DNA from: the human T2T-CHM13v2.0 reference genome, Homo sapiens
Length of the DNA stretch: 64,000 nt
Reading direction: 5' to 3'
Assembly (NCBI GenBank): GCA_009914755.4
Contig: CP086569.2
Location: 30,112,001-30,176,000, forward strand
Below are positions 28,818 to 43,056 of this stretch, one piece after another (position 1 is the first letter of the stretch; each line of letters begins with the position of its first letter). The translations under genes were made by a program, and so were the position numbers. The notes beneath the pieces are model-generated. The model saw only the letters and a list, made by a program, of their open reading frames with translations, made no database searches and was not told where the DNA came from.

Positions 28818-31800
28818 CATTGACTGGAAAGGCTGGGTGTCGAAAGGAATTGACTGCAATGGAATGGAATCGAATGGAATGGAAGTGAATAGAATCGAAC
28901 TAAATCGATTGGAATGGAATTGATAGGAACGGAATGGAAAGGAATGCAATGATTTGGCATGGAATGGAATCGAATGGCATCGAATGGAATGGAATGGAAT
29001 GCAATGGAATGGAATGTATTAGAATGTAATGAACATTAATGGAATGTACTCGAATGGATTCGACTGGAATGGAATGTTCTGGAAGTGAATGGACTCCAAT
29101 AGAATGGATTCGAAAGGAATGGAATCGAACGGAATGGATTCTAATGGAATGGAATTAAATGGAAATGAATCAAATTGAATAGCACGGAATTGAATTGAAT
29201 GGAATCGAATGCAATGGAATCTAATGAAACGGAAAGGAAAGAATGGAATGGAATAGAATGGGCTGGAATGGAAAGGAATCGAAACGAATGGAATGGAATC
29301 GAACTGAAGAGACTGGAATGGAATGCACTGGAATGGAAGGGAGTGTAATGGAAGGTTCTCGAAAAAAATGGAATCGAATGGAATGGAATTGAATGGAACA
29401 GAATAGAGTGGAATGGAATTGAATGGAATGGAATGGACTAGAGTGAAATGGAATCGAACCACAAGGAATGGACTGGAATAGAATGGTCTCGAATTGAATG
29501 GAATCGTATGGAATGGCATCAAACGGAATGGAATGGACAGCCACGGAATGGAATGCACTCGAATGCAATGGAGTCGAAACTAATGGACTGGAATAGAATG
29601 GACTCGACTGGTACGGACTCCAATGGAATGGAATCGAATGGAAGGGAATCGAACGGAATGGACTCGAAGGGAAAAGACTGCAATTGAAAGGTCTCGAATG
29701 GAATGGAAATTAATGGGATGGAATGGAATCGAATGAAATGGAGTCAAAAGGAATGGAATCGAATGGCAAGAAATCGAATGTAATGGAATCGCAAGGAATT
29801 GATATGAACGGAACGGAATGGAATGGAATCCAAAGGAATGGAATAGAATGGAATGGAATCGAATGGAAAGGACTCGAATGGAAATCACTCGAATAGAATG
29901 CAATTTAATAAAGTAGGATCAAATGTAATAGAATGGAATGGAAAGGAATCGAAACGGAAGGAATGGAGACAGATGGAATGGAATGGAACAGAGAGCAATG
30001 GTATAGAATGGAATGGAATCATCTGGAATGGAATTGAATGGAATGGAATAATATGAAATGGAATGGAATGGAATGCCCTTGAATTAAATGGACTGGACTC
30101 GAACAGAGTGGAATGGAAAGTGTTGAGATAGAATGGAATGGACTCCTTTGGAATGGTGTAGTATGCAATGCAATCGACTGGCAGGGAATCAAAAGGAATG
30201 TAATCGAATGGATTGGACTGGAATGCAATGGACTCGAATAGATTGGAAACGGAATGCAAAGGAATGGAATGGAATAGTATGGAATGGAATGGAAAGGAAT
30301 GGAGTGGAATAGACTAGAGTGGAATGGAATGGACTGGAAAGCAATGGACTGGAATGGAACTTTCTTGGATGGATTGGAATCAAACGGAATGGAATGCAAT
30401 GCAATCAAATGGCATGGAATAAAATAGAATGAAAGAGAATCAAATGGAATTGAATCGAATGGAATCGAATGGATTGGAAAGGAATAGAATGGAATGGAAT
30501 GGAATTGACTCAAATGGAATGGACTAGAATGGAATGGATTCGAATGGAAGGCAAAGGAATGGAATCTATTGGAATGGACTGTAATGGAATGGAATGGAAG
30601 GGATTGGAATGGACTCGAATGGAATGGACTGCAATAGAAAGGATTCGAATGGAATGAAAAAGAATTGAATGGAATAGAACAGAATGGAATCAAATCGAAT
30701 GAAATGGAATGGAATAGAAAGGAATGGAATGAAATGGAATGGAAAGGATTCGAATGGAATGCAATCGAATGGAATGGAATAAAATGGAAGAAAACTGGCA
30801 AGAAATGGAATCGAAATGAATGGAGTGTTATGGAACGGACTCAAAAGGAATTGAATGTAATAGAATGGAGTGGAGTGGACTCGAATATAATGGACTGGAA
30901 TGGAATGAAATCACATGGAATGGGAACGAATGGAATGGAATGGAAAGGAATGGAATCGAATGGAAAGGAATCGAATGGAAGGGAATGAAATTGAATCAAC
31001 ACGAATGGAAGGGAATAGAATAGACTGTAATGGAATGGACTCGAATAGAATGGACACGAATGCTCAAATTAAATGGACTCGAATGGAATGGAAACGAAAG
31101 GAATGTCATCGAATGGAATTGAATCGATTGGAATGAAATCGCATAGAATGCAGTGGAATCAAATGGAATTGAATCGAAAGGAAACAAGCGAATGGACTGA
31201 AATGAAATGGAATGGAATTGAATGGAAAGTAATGCAATGGAATAGAATGGAACGAAATTTCACGGAATGGAATCAAACTGAATGGAATCAAATCAATGGA
31301 ATCAAATCAAATGGAATGGAAAGGAATTGAATGGAGTAGATGGGATTGGATGGGATTGGAATGAAATGTACTGGAAAGGACTCGAATTTCATGAAACGGA
31401 ATGGAATGAATTGGAACGGAATGGACTCGAATGGAATGGAATGTCATGGGATGGCATCAAATGGAATGGCATCAAATGGAATGGAATCGAATGCAATGGA
31501 ATGCTATGGAATGGAATGGAATGCATTGGAATGGAATGTCCTCTAATGGAATGGATTCGAGTGGAATGGAATTGAATATAATGGAGTCGAATGAAATGGA
31601 ATTGAAAGGAATGGGATCGAATACAATGGAATATACTGGAATGTAACGTAATGAACTCGAATGTAATTGACTGGAATGGAATGTACATGAATGGAATGTA
31701 ATCGAATGGAAAGTAATCCAATGGAATAGAATCTAATGCAATAAAATCGACTCAGATAGAGAAGAATGTAATGGAATGGAGTGCAGTGCAATGGAATGGA

Positions 31801-32354
31801 ATGGAATGGAATGCAATGGAATGGAATGGAATGGAATGCAATGGAATGGAATGGAATGGAATGGAATGTGATGGAATGGTATGGAATGGATAGTAATGGA
31901 CTGGAGTGAAATGGACTGGAAAGGAATGGACTCAAATTGAAAGGGCTCGAAAGGAATGGAGTCAAATGGAATGGTCTGGAATGGAATGAACACGAATGTA
32001 ATGCAACCCAATAGAATGGAATCGAATGGCATGGAATATAAAGAAATGGAATCGAAGAGAATGGAAACAAATGGAATGGAATTGAATGGAATGGAATTGA
32101 ATGGAATGGGAAGGAATGGAGTGAAATTGTATGCAGTAGAAGAGAATAGAATGGAATGCAAGCAAAAGGAAAGGAATGGATTGCAATGGAATGGAATTCA
32201 TTGGAATGGAAAGGAATGTAGTGTAATGGACAGGCCTGGAATAAAGTGGAATGCTACGGTCTCGAATGGAATAAAAATGTATGGAATGGAATGCAATGAA
32301 ACGGAATCGAATGTCATAGAATGTAATGGAATGCAAAAAAATGGAATCCAAAAT
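28818..32354 (+). repeat. HOR unit 9 (3537 bp)
   Basis: Anchor at 28818. Has aacattaatgg near 29031, a 10-bp deletion giving gactggactcgaacag at about 30095, and a 15-bp deletion at about 30778. Confidence 0.9.
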
Positions 32355-35300
32355 CATTGACTGGAAAGGCTGGGTGTCGAAAGGAATTGACTCCAATGGA
32401 ATGGAATCGAATGGAATGGAAGTGAATAGAATCGAACTAAATCGAATGGAATGGAATTGATAGGAACGGAATGGAAAGGAATGCAATGATTTGGCATGGA
32501 ATGGAATCGAATGGCATCGAATGGAATGGAATGGAATGCAATGGAATGGAATGTATTAGAATGTAATGAACTTTAATGGAATGTACTCGAATGGATTCGA
32601 CTGGAATGGAATGTTCTGGAAGTGAATGGACTCCAATGGAATGGATTCAAAAGGAATGGAATCGTACGGAATGGAATCTAATGGAATGGAATTAAATGGA
32701 AATGAATCAAATTGAATAGCACGGAATTGAATTGAATGGAATGGAATGCAATGGAATCTAATGAAACGGGAAGGAAAGGAATGGAATGGAATGGAATGGA
32801 CTGGAATGGAAAGGAATCGAAACGAATGGAATGGAATCGAACTGAAGAGACTGGAATGGAATGCACTGGAATGGAAGGGAGTGTAATGGAAGTTTCTCGA
32901 AAAAAATGGAATCGAATGGAATGGAATTGAATGGAACGGAATAGAGTCGAATGGAATTGAATGGAATGGAATGGACTAGAGTGAAATGGAATCGAACCAC
33001 AAGGAATGGACAGGAATAGAATGGTCTCGAATTGAATGGAATCGTATGGAATGGCATCAAACGGAATGGAATGGACAGCCACGGAATGGAATGCACTCGA
33101 ATGCAATGGAGTCGAAACTAATGGACTGGAATAGAATGGACTCGACTGGTACGGACTCCAATGGAATGGAATCGAATGGAAGGGAATCGAACGGAAGGGA
33201 ATCGAATGGAATGGACTCGAAGGGAAAAGACTGCAATGGAAAGGTCTCGAATGGAATGGAAATTAATGGAATGGAATGGAATCGAATGAAATGGAGTCAA
33301 AAGGAATGGAATCGAATGGCAAGAAATCGAATGTAATGGAATCGCAAGGAATTGATGTGAACGGAACGGAATGGAATGGAATCCAAAGGAATGGAATAGA
33401 ATGGAATGGAATCGAATGGAAAGGACTCGAATGGAAATCACTCGAATAGAATGCAATTTAATAAAATAGGATCAAATGTAATGGAATGGAATGGAAAGGA
33501 ATCGAAACGAAAGGAATGGAGACAGATGGAATGGAATGGAAAAGAGAGCAATGGTATAGAATGGAATGGAATCATCTGGAATGGAATTGAATGGAATGGA
33601 ATGGAATGCCCTTGAATTAAATGGACTGGAATGGAATGGACTCAAACAGAGAGGAATGGAAAGTGTTGAGATAGAATGGAATGAACTCCTTTGGAATGGT
33701 GTAGTAGGCAATGCAATCGACTGGCAGGGAATCAAAAGGAATGTAATCGAATGGATTGGACTGGAATGCAATGGACTCGAATAGATTGGAAACGGAATGC
33801 AAAGGAATGGAATGGAATAGTATGGAATGGAATGGAAAGGAATGGAGTGGAATAGACTAGAGTGGAATGGAATGGACTGGAAAGCAATGGACTGGAATGG
33901 AACTTTCTTGAATGGACTGGAATCAAACGGAATGGAATGCAATGCAATCAAATGGCATGGAATAAAATAGAATGAAAGAGAATCAAATGGAATTGAATCG
34001 AATGGAATCGAATGGATTGGAAAGGAATAGAATGGAATGGAATGGAATTGACTCAAATGGAATGGACTAGAATGGAATGGATTCGAATGGAAGGCAAAGG
34101 AATGGAATCTATTGGAATGGACTGAAATGGAATGGAATGGAAGGGATTGGAATGGACTCTAATGGAATGGACTGCAATAGAAAGGATTCGAATGGAATGA
34201 AAAAGAATTGAATGGAATAGAACAGAATGGAATCAAATCGAATGAAATGGAACGGAATAGAAAGGAATGGAATGAAATGGAATGAAAAGGATTCCAATGC
34301 AATGCAATCGAATGGAATGGAATCGAACGGAATGGAATAAAATGGAAGAAAACTGGCAATAAATGGAATCGAAATGAATGGAGTGTTATGGAACGGACTC
34401 AAAAGGAATTGAATGTAATAGAATGGAGTGGAGTGGACTCGAATATAATGGACTGGAATGGAATGAAATCACATGGAATGGGAACGAATGGAATGGAATG
34501 GAAAGGAATGGAATCGAATGGAAAGGAATCGAATGGAAGGGAATGAAATTGAATCAACAGGAATGGAAGGGAATAGAATAGACGGTAATGGAATGGACTC
34601 GAATAGAATGGACACGAATGCTCAAATTGAATGGACTCGAATGGAATGGAAACGAAAGGAATGTCATCGAATGGAATTGAATCGATTGGAATGAAATCGC
34701 ATAGAATGGAGTGGAATCAAATGGAATTGAATCGAAAGGAAAGGAAGCGAATGGACTGAAATGAAATGGAATGGAATTGAATGGAAAGTAACGCAATGGA
34801 ATAGAATGGAACGAAATTTCACGGAATGGAATCAAACTGAATGGAATCAAATCAATGGAATCAAATCAAATGGAATGGAAAGGAATTGAATGGAGTAGAT
34901 GGGATTGGATGGGACTGGAATGAAATGTACTGGAAAGTACTCGAATTTCATGAAACGGAATGGAATGAATTGGAACGGAATGGACTCGAATGGAATGGAA
35001 TGTCATGGAATGGCATCAAATGGAATGGCATCAAATGGAATGGAATCGAATGCAATGGAATGCTATGGAATGGAATGGAATGCATTGGAATGGAATGTCC
35101 TCTAATGGAATGGATTCGAGTGGAATGGAATCGAATATAATGGAGTCGAATGAAATGGAATTGAAAGGAATGGGATCGAATACAATGGAATATACTGGAA
35201 TGTAATGTAATGAACTCGAATGTAATTGACTGGAATGGAATGTACATGAATGGAATATAATCGAATGGAAAGTAATCCAATGGAATAGAATCTAATGCAA

Positions 35301-36000
35301 TAAAATCGACTCAGATAGAGTAGAATGTAATGGAATGGAGTGCAGTGCAATGGAATGGAATGGAATGGAATGCAATGGAATGGAATGGAATGGAATGGAA
35401 TGGAATGGAATGGAATGGAATGGGATGGAATGGTATGGAATGGATAGTAATGGACTGGAATGAAATGGACTGGAAAAGAATGGACTCAAATTGAAAGGGC
35501 TCGAAAGGAATGGAGTCAAATGGAATGGTCTGGAATGGAATGAACACGAATGTAATGCAATCCAATACAATGGAATCGAATGGCATGGAATATAAAGAAA
35601 TGGAATCTAAGAGAATGGAAACAAATGGAATGGAATTGAATGGAATGGAATTGAATGGAATGGGAACGAATGGAGTGAAATTGTATGCAGTAGAAGAGAA
35701 TAGAATGGAATGCAAGTGAAAGGAAAGGAATGGATTGCAATGGAATGGAATTCATTGGAATGGAAGGGAATGTAGTGTAATGGACAGGCCTGGAATAAAG
35801 TGGAATGCTACGGTCTCGAATGGAATAAAAATGTATGGAATGGAATGCAATGAAATGGAATCGAATGTCATAGAATGTAATGGAATGCAACAAAATGGAA
35901 TCCAATATCATTGACTGGAAAGGCTGGGTGTCGAAAGGAATTGACTCCAATGGAATGGAATCGAATGGAATGGAAGTGAATAGAATCGAACTAAATCGAA
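29850..36000 (+). repeat. Intra-array segmental duplication, copy A (~6 kb spanning parts of HOR units 9, 10 and 11)
   Basis: Shares private variants with 44090–50300 at a 14,240–14,275 bp offset: the 15-bp deletion at 30778/45018; aatgtgatgg at 31865/46105; gggaaggaatggagtg at 32108/46348; ggattgcaatgg at 32176/46416. Identical long ORF translations recur at the same offset: 30019..30801 = 44259..45041, 31543..32070 = 45783..46310, 32986..33336 = 47226..47576. Confidence 0.75.
32355..35908 (+). repeat. HOR unit 10 (3554 bp)
   Basis: Anchor at 32355. Confidence 0.9.
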
Positions 36001-39000
36001 TGGAATGGAATTGATAGGAACGGAATGGAAAGGAATGCAATGATTTGGCATGGAATGGAATCGAATGGCATCGAATGGAATGGAATGGAATGCAATGGAA
36101 TGGAATGTATTAGAATGTAATGAACTTTAATGGAATGTACTCGAATGGATTCGACTGGAATGGAATGTTCTGGAAGTGAATGGACTCCAATGGAATGGAT
36201 TCAAAAGGAATGGAATCGTACGGAATGGAATCTAATGGAATGGAATTAAATGGAAATGAATCAAATTGAATAGCACGGAATTGAATTGAATGGAATGGAA
36301 TGCAATGGAATCTAATGAAACGGAAAGGAAAGGAATGGAATGGAATGGACTGGGCTGGAATGGAAAGGAATCGAAACGAATGGAATGGAATCGAACTGAA
36401 GAGACTGGAATGGAATGCACTGGAATGGAAGGGAGTGTAATGGAAGGTTCTCGAAAAAAATGGAATCGAATGGAATGGAATTGAATGGAACGGAATAGAG
36501 TCGAATGGAATTGAATGGAATGGAATGGACTAGAGTGAAATGGAATCGAACCACAAGGAATGGACAGGAATAGAATGGTCTCGAATTGAATGGAATCGTA
36601 TGGAATGGCATCAAACGGAATGGAATGGACAGCCACGGAATGGAATGCACTCGAATGCAATGGAGTCGAAACTAACGCACTGGAATAGAATGGACTCGAC
36701 TGGTATGGACTCCAATGGAATGGAATCGAATGGAAGGGAATCGAACGGAATGGACTCGAAGGGAAAAGACTGCAATGGAAAGGTCTCGAATGGAATGGAA
36801 ATTAATGGAATCGAATGGAATCGAATGAAATGGAGTCAAAAGGAATGGAATCGAATGGCAAGAAATCGAATGTAATGGAATCGCAAGGAATTGATGTGAA
36901 CGGAACGGAATGGAATGGAATCCAAAGGAATGGAATAGAATGGAATGGAATCGAATGGAAAGGACTCGAATGGAAAGGACTCGAATGGAAGTCACTCGAA
37001 TAGAATGCAATTTAATAAAATAGGATCAAATGTAATGGAATGGAATGGAATGGAATCGAAACGAAAGGAATGGAGACAGATGGAATGGAATGGAACAGAG
37101 AGCAATGGTATAGAATGGAATGGAATCATCTGGAATGGAATTGAATTGAATGGAATAATATGAAATGGAATGGAATGGAATGGAATGGAATGCCCTTGAA
37201 TTAAATGGACTGGAATGGAATGGACTCGAACAGAATGGAATGGAAAGTGTTGAGATAGAATGGAATGGACTCCTTTGGAATGGTCTAGTATGCAATGCAA
37301 TCGACTGGCAGGGAATCAAAAGGAATGTAATCGAATGGATTGGACTGGAATGCAATGGACTCGAATAGATTGGAAACGTGATGCAAAGGAATGGAATGGA
37401 ATAGTATGGAATGGAATGGAAAGGAATGGAGTGGAATAGACTAGAGTGGAATGGAATGGACTGGAAAGCAATGGACTGGAATGGAACTTTCTTGAATGGA
37501 CTGGAATCAAACGGAATGGAATGCAATGCAATCAAATGGCATGGAATAAAATAGAATGAAAGAGAATCAAATGGAATTGAATCGAATGGAATCGAATGGA
37601 TTGGAAAGGAATAGAATGGAATGGAATGGAATGGACTCAAATGGAATGGACTAGAATGGAATGGATTCGAATGGAAGGCAAAGGAATGGAATCTATTGGA
37701 ATGGACTGTAATGGAATGGAATGGAAGGGATTGGAATGGACTCGAATGGAATGGACTGCAATAGAAAGGATTCGAATGGAATGAAAAAGAATTGAATGGA
37801 ATAGAACAGAATGGAATCAAATCGAATGAAATGGAATGGAATAGAAAGGAATGGAATGAAATGGAATGGAAAGGATTCGAATGGAATGCAATCGAATGGA
37901 ATGGAATCGAACGGAATGGAATAAAATGGAAGAAAACTGGCAAGAAATGGAATCGAAATGAATGGAGTGTTATGGAACGGACTCAAAAGGAATTGAATGT
38001 AATAGAATGGAGTGGAGTGGACTCGAATATAATGGACTGGAATGGAATGAAATCACATGGAATGGGAACGAATGGAATGGAATGGAAAGGAATGGAATCG
38101 AATGGAAAGGAATCGAATGGAAGGGAATGAAATTGAATCAACAGGAATGGAAGGGAATAGAATAGACGGTAATGGAATGGACTCGAATAGAATGGACACG
38201 AATGCTCAAATTGAATGGACTCGAATGGAATGGAAACGAAAGGAATGTCATCGAATGGAATTGAATCGATTGCAATGAAATCGCATAGAATGGAGTGGAA
38301 TCAAATGGAATTGAATCGAAAGGAAAGGAAGCGAATGGACTGAAATGAAACGGAATGGAATTGAATGGAAAGTAATGCAATGGAATAGAATGGAACGAAA
38401 TTTCACGGAAAGGAATCAAACTGAACGGAATCAAATCAATGGAATCTAATCAAATGGAATGGAAAGGAATTGAATGGAGTAGATTGGATTGGATGGGATT
38501 GGAATGAAATGTACTGGAAAGGACTCGAATTTCATGAAACGGAATGGAATGAATTGGAACGGAATGGACTCGAATGGAATGGAATGTCATGGAATGGCAT
38601 CAAATGGAATGGCATCAAATGGAATGGAATCGAATGCAATGGAATGCTATGGAATGGAATGGAATGCATTGGAATGGAATGTCCTCTAATGGAATGGATT
38701 CGAGTGGAATGGAATCGAATATAATGGAGTCGAATGAAATGGAATTGAAAGGAATGGGATCGAATACAATGGAATATACTGGAATGTAATGTAATGAACT
38801 CGAATGTAATTGACTGGAATGGAATGTACATGAATGGAAGGTAATCGAATGGAAAGTAATCCAATGGAATAGAATCTAATGCAATAAAACCGACTCAGAT
38901 AGAGTAGAATGTAATGGAATGGAGTGCAGTGCAATGGAATGGAATGGAATTGAATGCAATGGAATGGAATGGAATGGAATGGAATGGAATGGAATGGAAT

Positions 39001-39497
39001 GGAATGGAATGGGATGGAATGGTATGGAATGGATAGTAATGGACTGGAGTGAAATGGACTGGAAAGGAATGGACTCAAATTGAAAGGGCTCGAAAGGAAT
39101 GGAGTCAAATGGAATGGTCTGGAATGGAATGAACACGAATGTAATGCAATCCAATAGAATGGAATCGAATGGCACGGAATATAAAGAAATGGATTCGAAG
39201 AGAACGGAAACAAATATAATGGAATTGAATGGAATGGAATTGAATGGAATGGGAACGAATGGAGTGAAATTGTATGCAGTAGAAGGGAATAGAATGGAAT
39301 GCAAGCGAAAGGAAAGGAATGGATTGGAATGGAATGGAATTCATTGGAATGGAAGGGAATGTAGTGTAATGGACAGGCCTGGAATAAAGTGGAATGCTAC
39401 GGTCTCGAATGGAATAAAAATGTATGGAATGGAATGCAATGAAATGGAATCGAATGTCATGGAATGTAATGGAATGCAACAAAATGGAATCCAAAAT
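35909..39497 (+). repeat. HOR unit 11 (3589 bp)
   Basis: Anchor here is the variant tccaatatcattgactgg, at 35909. Confidence 0.9.
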
Positions 39498-42400
39498 CAT
39501 TGACTGGAAAGGCTGGGTGTCGAAAGGAATTGACTCCAATGGAATGGAATCGAATGGAATGGAAGTGAATAGAATCGAACTAAATCGAATGGAATGGAAT
39601 TGATAGGAACGGAATGGAAAGGAATGCAATGATTTGGCATGGAATGGAATCGAATGGCATCGAATGGAATGGAATGGAATGCAATGGAATGGAATGTATT
39701 AGAATGTAATGAACTTTAATGGAATGTACTCGAATGGATTCGACTGGAATGGAATGTTCTGGAAGTGAATGGACTCCAATGGAATGGATTCCAAAGGAAT
39801 GGAATCGTACGGAATGGAATCTAATGGAATGGAATTAAATGGAAATGAATCAAATTGAATAGCACGGAATTGAATTGAATGGAATGGAATGCAATGGAAT
39901 CTAATGAAACGGAAAGGAAAGGAATGGAATGGAATGGAATGGGCTGGAATGGAAAGGAATCGAAACGAATGGAATGGAATCGAACTGAAGAGACTGGAAT
40001 GGAATGCACTGGAATGGAAGGGAGTGTAATGGAAGGTTCTCGAAAAAAATGGAATCGAATGGAATGGAATTGAATGGAACGGAATAGAGTCGAATGGAAT
40101 TGAATGGAATGGAATGGACTAGAGTGAAATGGAATCGAACCACAAGGAATGGAGAGGAATAGAATGGTCTCGAATTGAATGGAATTGTATGGAATGGCAT
40201 CAAACGGAATGGAATGGACAGCCACGGAATGGAATGCACTCGAATGCAATGGAGTCGAAACTAACGGACTGGAATAGAATGGACTCGACTGGTACGGACT
40301 CCAATGGAATGGAATCGAATGGAAGGGAATCGAACGGAATGGACTCGAAGGGAAAAGACTGCAATGGAAAGGTCTCGAATGGAATGGAAATTAATGGAAT
40401 GGAATGGAATCGAATGAAATGGAGTCAAAAGGAATGGAATCGAATGGCAAGAAATCGAATGTAATGGAATCGCAAGGAATTGATGTGAACGGAACGGAAT
40501 GGAATGGAATCCAAAGGAATGGAATAGAATGGAATGGAATCGAATGGAAAGGACTCGAATGGAAATCACTCGAATAGAATGCAATTTAATAAAATAGGAT
40601 CAAATGTAATTGAATGGAATGGAAAGGAATCGAAACGAAAGGAATGGAGACAGATGGAATGGAATGGAACAGAGAGCAATGGTATAGAATGGAATGGAAT
40701 CATCTGGAATGGAATTGAATGGAATGGAATAATATGAAATGGAATGGAATGGAATGGAATGGAATGCCCTTGAATTAAATGGACTGGAATGGAATGGACT
40801 CGAACAGAGTGGAATGGAAAGTGTTGAGATAGAATGGAATGGACTCCTTTGGAATGGTGTAGTATGCAATGCAATCGACTGGCAGGCAATCAAAAGGAAT
40901 GTAATGGAATGGACTGGACTGGAATGCAATGGACTCGAATAGATTGGAAACGCAATGCAAAGGAATGGAATGGAATAGTATGGAATGGAATGGAAAGGAA
41001 TGGAGTGGAATAGAATAGAGTGGAATGGAATGGACTGGAAAGCAATGGACTGGAATGGAACTTTCTTGAATGGACTGGAATCAAACGGAATGGAATGCAA
41101 TGCAATCAAATGGCATGGAATAAAATAGAATGAAAGAGAATCAAATGGAATTGAATCGAATGGAATCGAATGGATTGGAAAGGAATAGAATGGAATGGAA
41201 TGGAATGGACTCAAATGGAATGGACTAGAATGGAATGGATTCGAATGGAAGGCAAAGGAATGGAATCTATTGGAATGGACTGCAATGGAATGGAATGGAA
41301 GGGATTGGAATGGACTCGAATGGAATGGACTGCAATAGAAAGGATTCGAATGGAATGAAAAAGAATTGAATGGAATAGAACAGAATGGAATCAAATCGAA
41401 TGAAATGGAATGGAATAGAAAGGAATGGAATGAAATGGAATGGAAAGGATTCGAATGGAATGCAATCGAATGGAATGGAATCGAACGGAATGGAATAAAA
41501 TGGAAGAAAACTGGCAAGAAATGGAATCGAAATGAATGGAGTGTTATGGAACGGACTCAAAAGGAATTGAATGTAATAGAATGGAGTGGAGTGGATTCGA
41601 ATATAATGGACTGGAATGGAATGAAATCACATGGAATGGGAACGAATGGAATGGAAAGGAATGGAATCGAATGGAAAGGAATCGAATGGAAGGGAATGAA
41701 ATTGAATCAACAGGAATGGAAGGGAATAGAATAGATGGTAATGGAATGGACTCGAATAGAATGGACACGAATGCTCAAATTGAATGGACTCGAATGGAAT
41801 GGATACGAAAGGAATGTCATCGAATGGAATTGAATCGATTGGAATGAAATCGCATAGAATGGAGTGGAATCAAATGGAATTGAATCGAAAGGAAAGGAAG
41901 CGAATGGACTGAAATGAAATGGAATGGAATTGAATGGAAAGTAATGCAATGGAATAGAATGGAACGAAATTTCACGGAATGGAATCAAACTGAATGGAAT
42001 GAAATCAATGGAATCAAATCAAATGGAATGGAAAGGAATTGAATGGAGTAGATTGGATTGGATGGGATTGGAATGAAATGTACTGGAAAGGACTCGAATT
42101 TCATGAAACGGAATGGAATGAATTGGAACGGAATGGACTCGAATGGAATGGAATGTCATGGAATGGCATCAAATGGAATGGCATCAAATGGAATGGAATC
42201 GAATGCAATGGAATGCTATGGAATGGAATGGAATGCATTGGAATGGAATGTCCTCTAATGGAATGGATTCGAGTGGAATGGAATCGAATATAATGGAGTC
42301 GAATGAAATGGAATTGAAAGGAATGGGATCGAATACAATGGAATATACTGGAATGTAATGTAATGAACTCGAATGTAATTGACTGGAATGGAATGTACAT

Positions 42401-43056
42401 GAATGGAATGTAATCGAATGGAAAGTAATCCAATGGAATAGAATCTAATGCAATAAAATCGACTCAGATAGAGGAGAATGTAATGGAATGGAGTGCAGTG
42501 CAATGGAATGGAATGGAATGGAATGCAATTGAATGGAATGGAATGGAATGGAATGGAATGGAATGGAATGGGATGGAATGGTATGGAATGGATAGTAATG
42601 GACTGGAGTGAAATGGACTGGAAAGGAATGGACTCAAATTGAAAGGGCTCGAAAGGAATGGAGTCAAATGGAATGGTCTGGAATGGAATGAACAAGAATG
42701 TAATGCAATCCAATAGAATGGAATCGAATGACATGGAATATAAAGAAATGGAATCGGAGAGAATGGAAACAAATGGAATGGAATTGAATGGAATGGAATT
42801 GAATGGAATGGGAACGAATGGAGTGAAATTGTATGCAGTAGAAGGGAATAGAATGGAATGCAAGCGAAAGGAAAGGAATGGATTGGAATGGAATGGAATT
42901 CATTGGAATGGAAGGGAATGTAGTGTAATGGACAGGCCTGGAATAAAGTGGAATGCTACGGTCTCGAATGGAATAAAAATGTATGGAATGGAATGCAATG
43001 AAATGGAATCGAATGTCATAGAATGTAATGGAATGCAACAAAATGGAATCCAAAAT
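39498..43056 (+). repeat. HOR unit 12 (3559 bp)
   Basis: Anchor at 39498. Private variants ggagaggaatag at 40153 and aattgtatgg at 40186, both shared with the start of unit 13. Confidence 0.9.
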
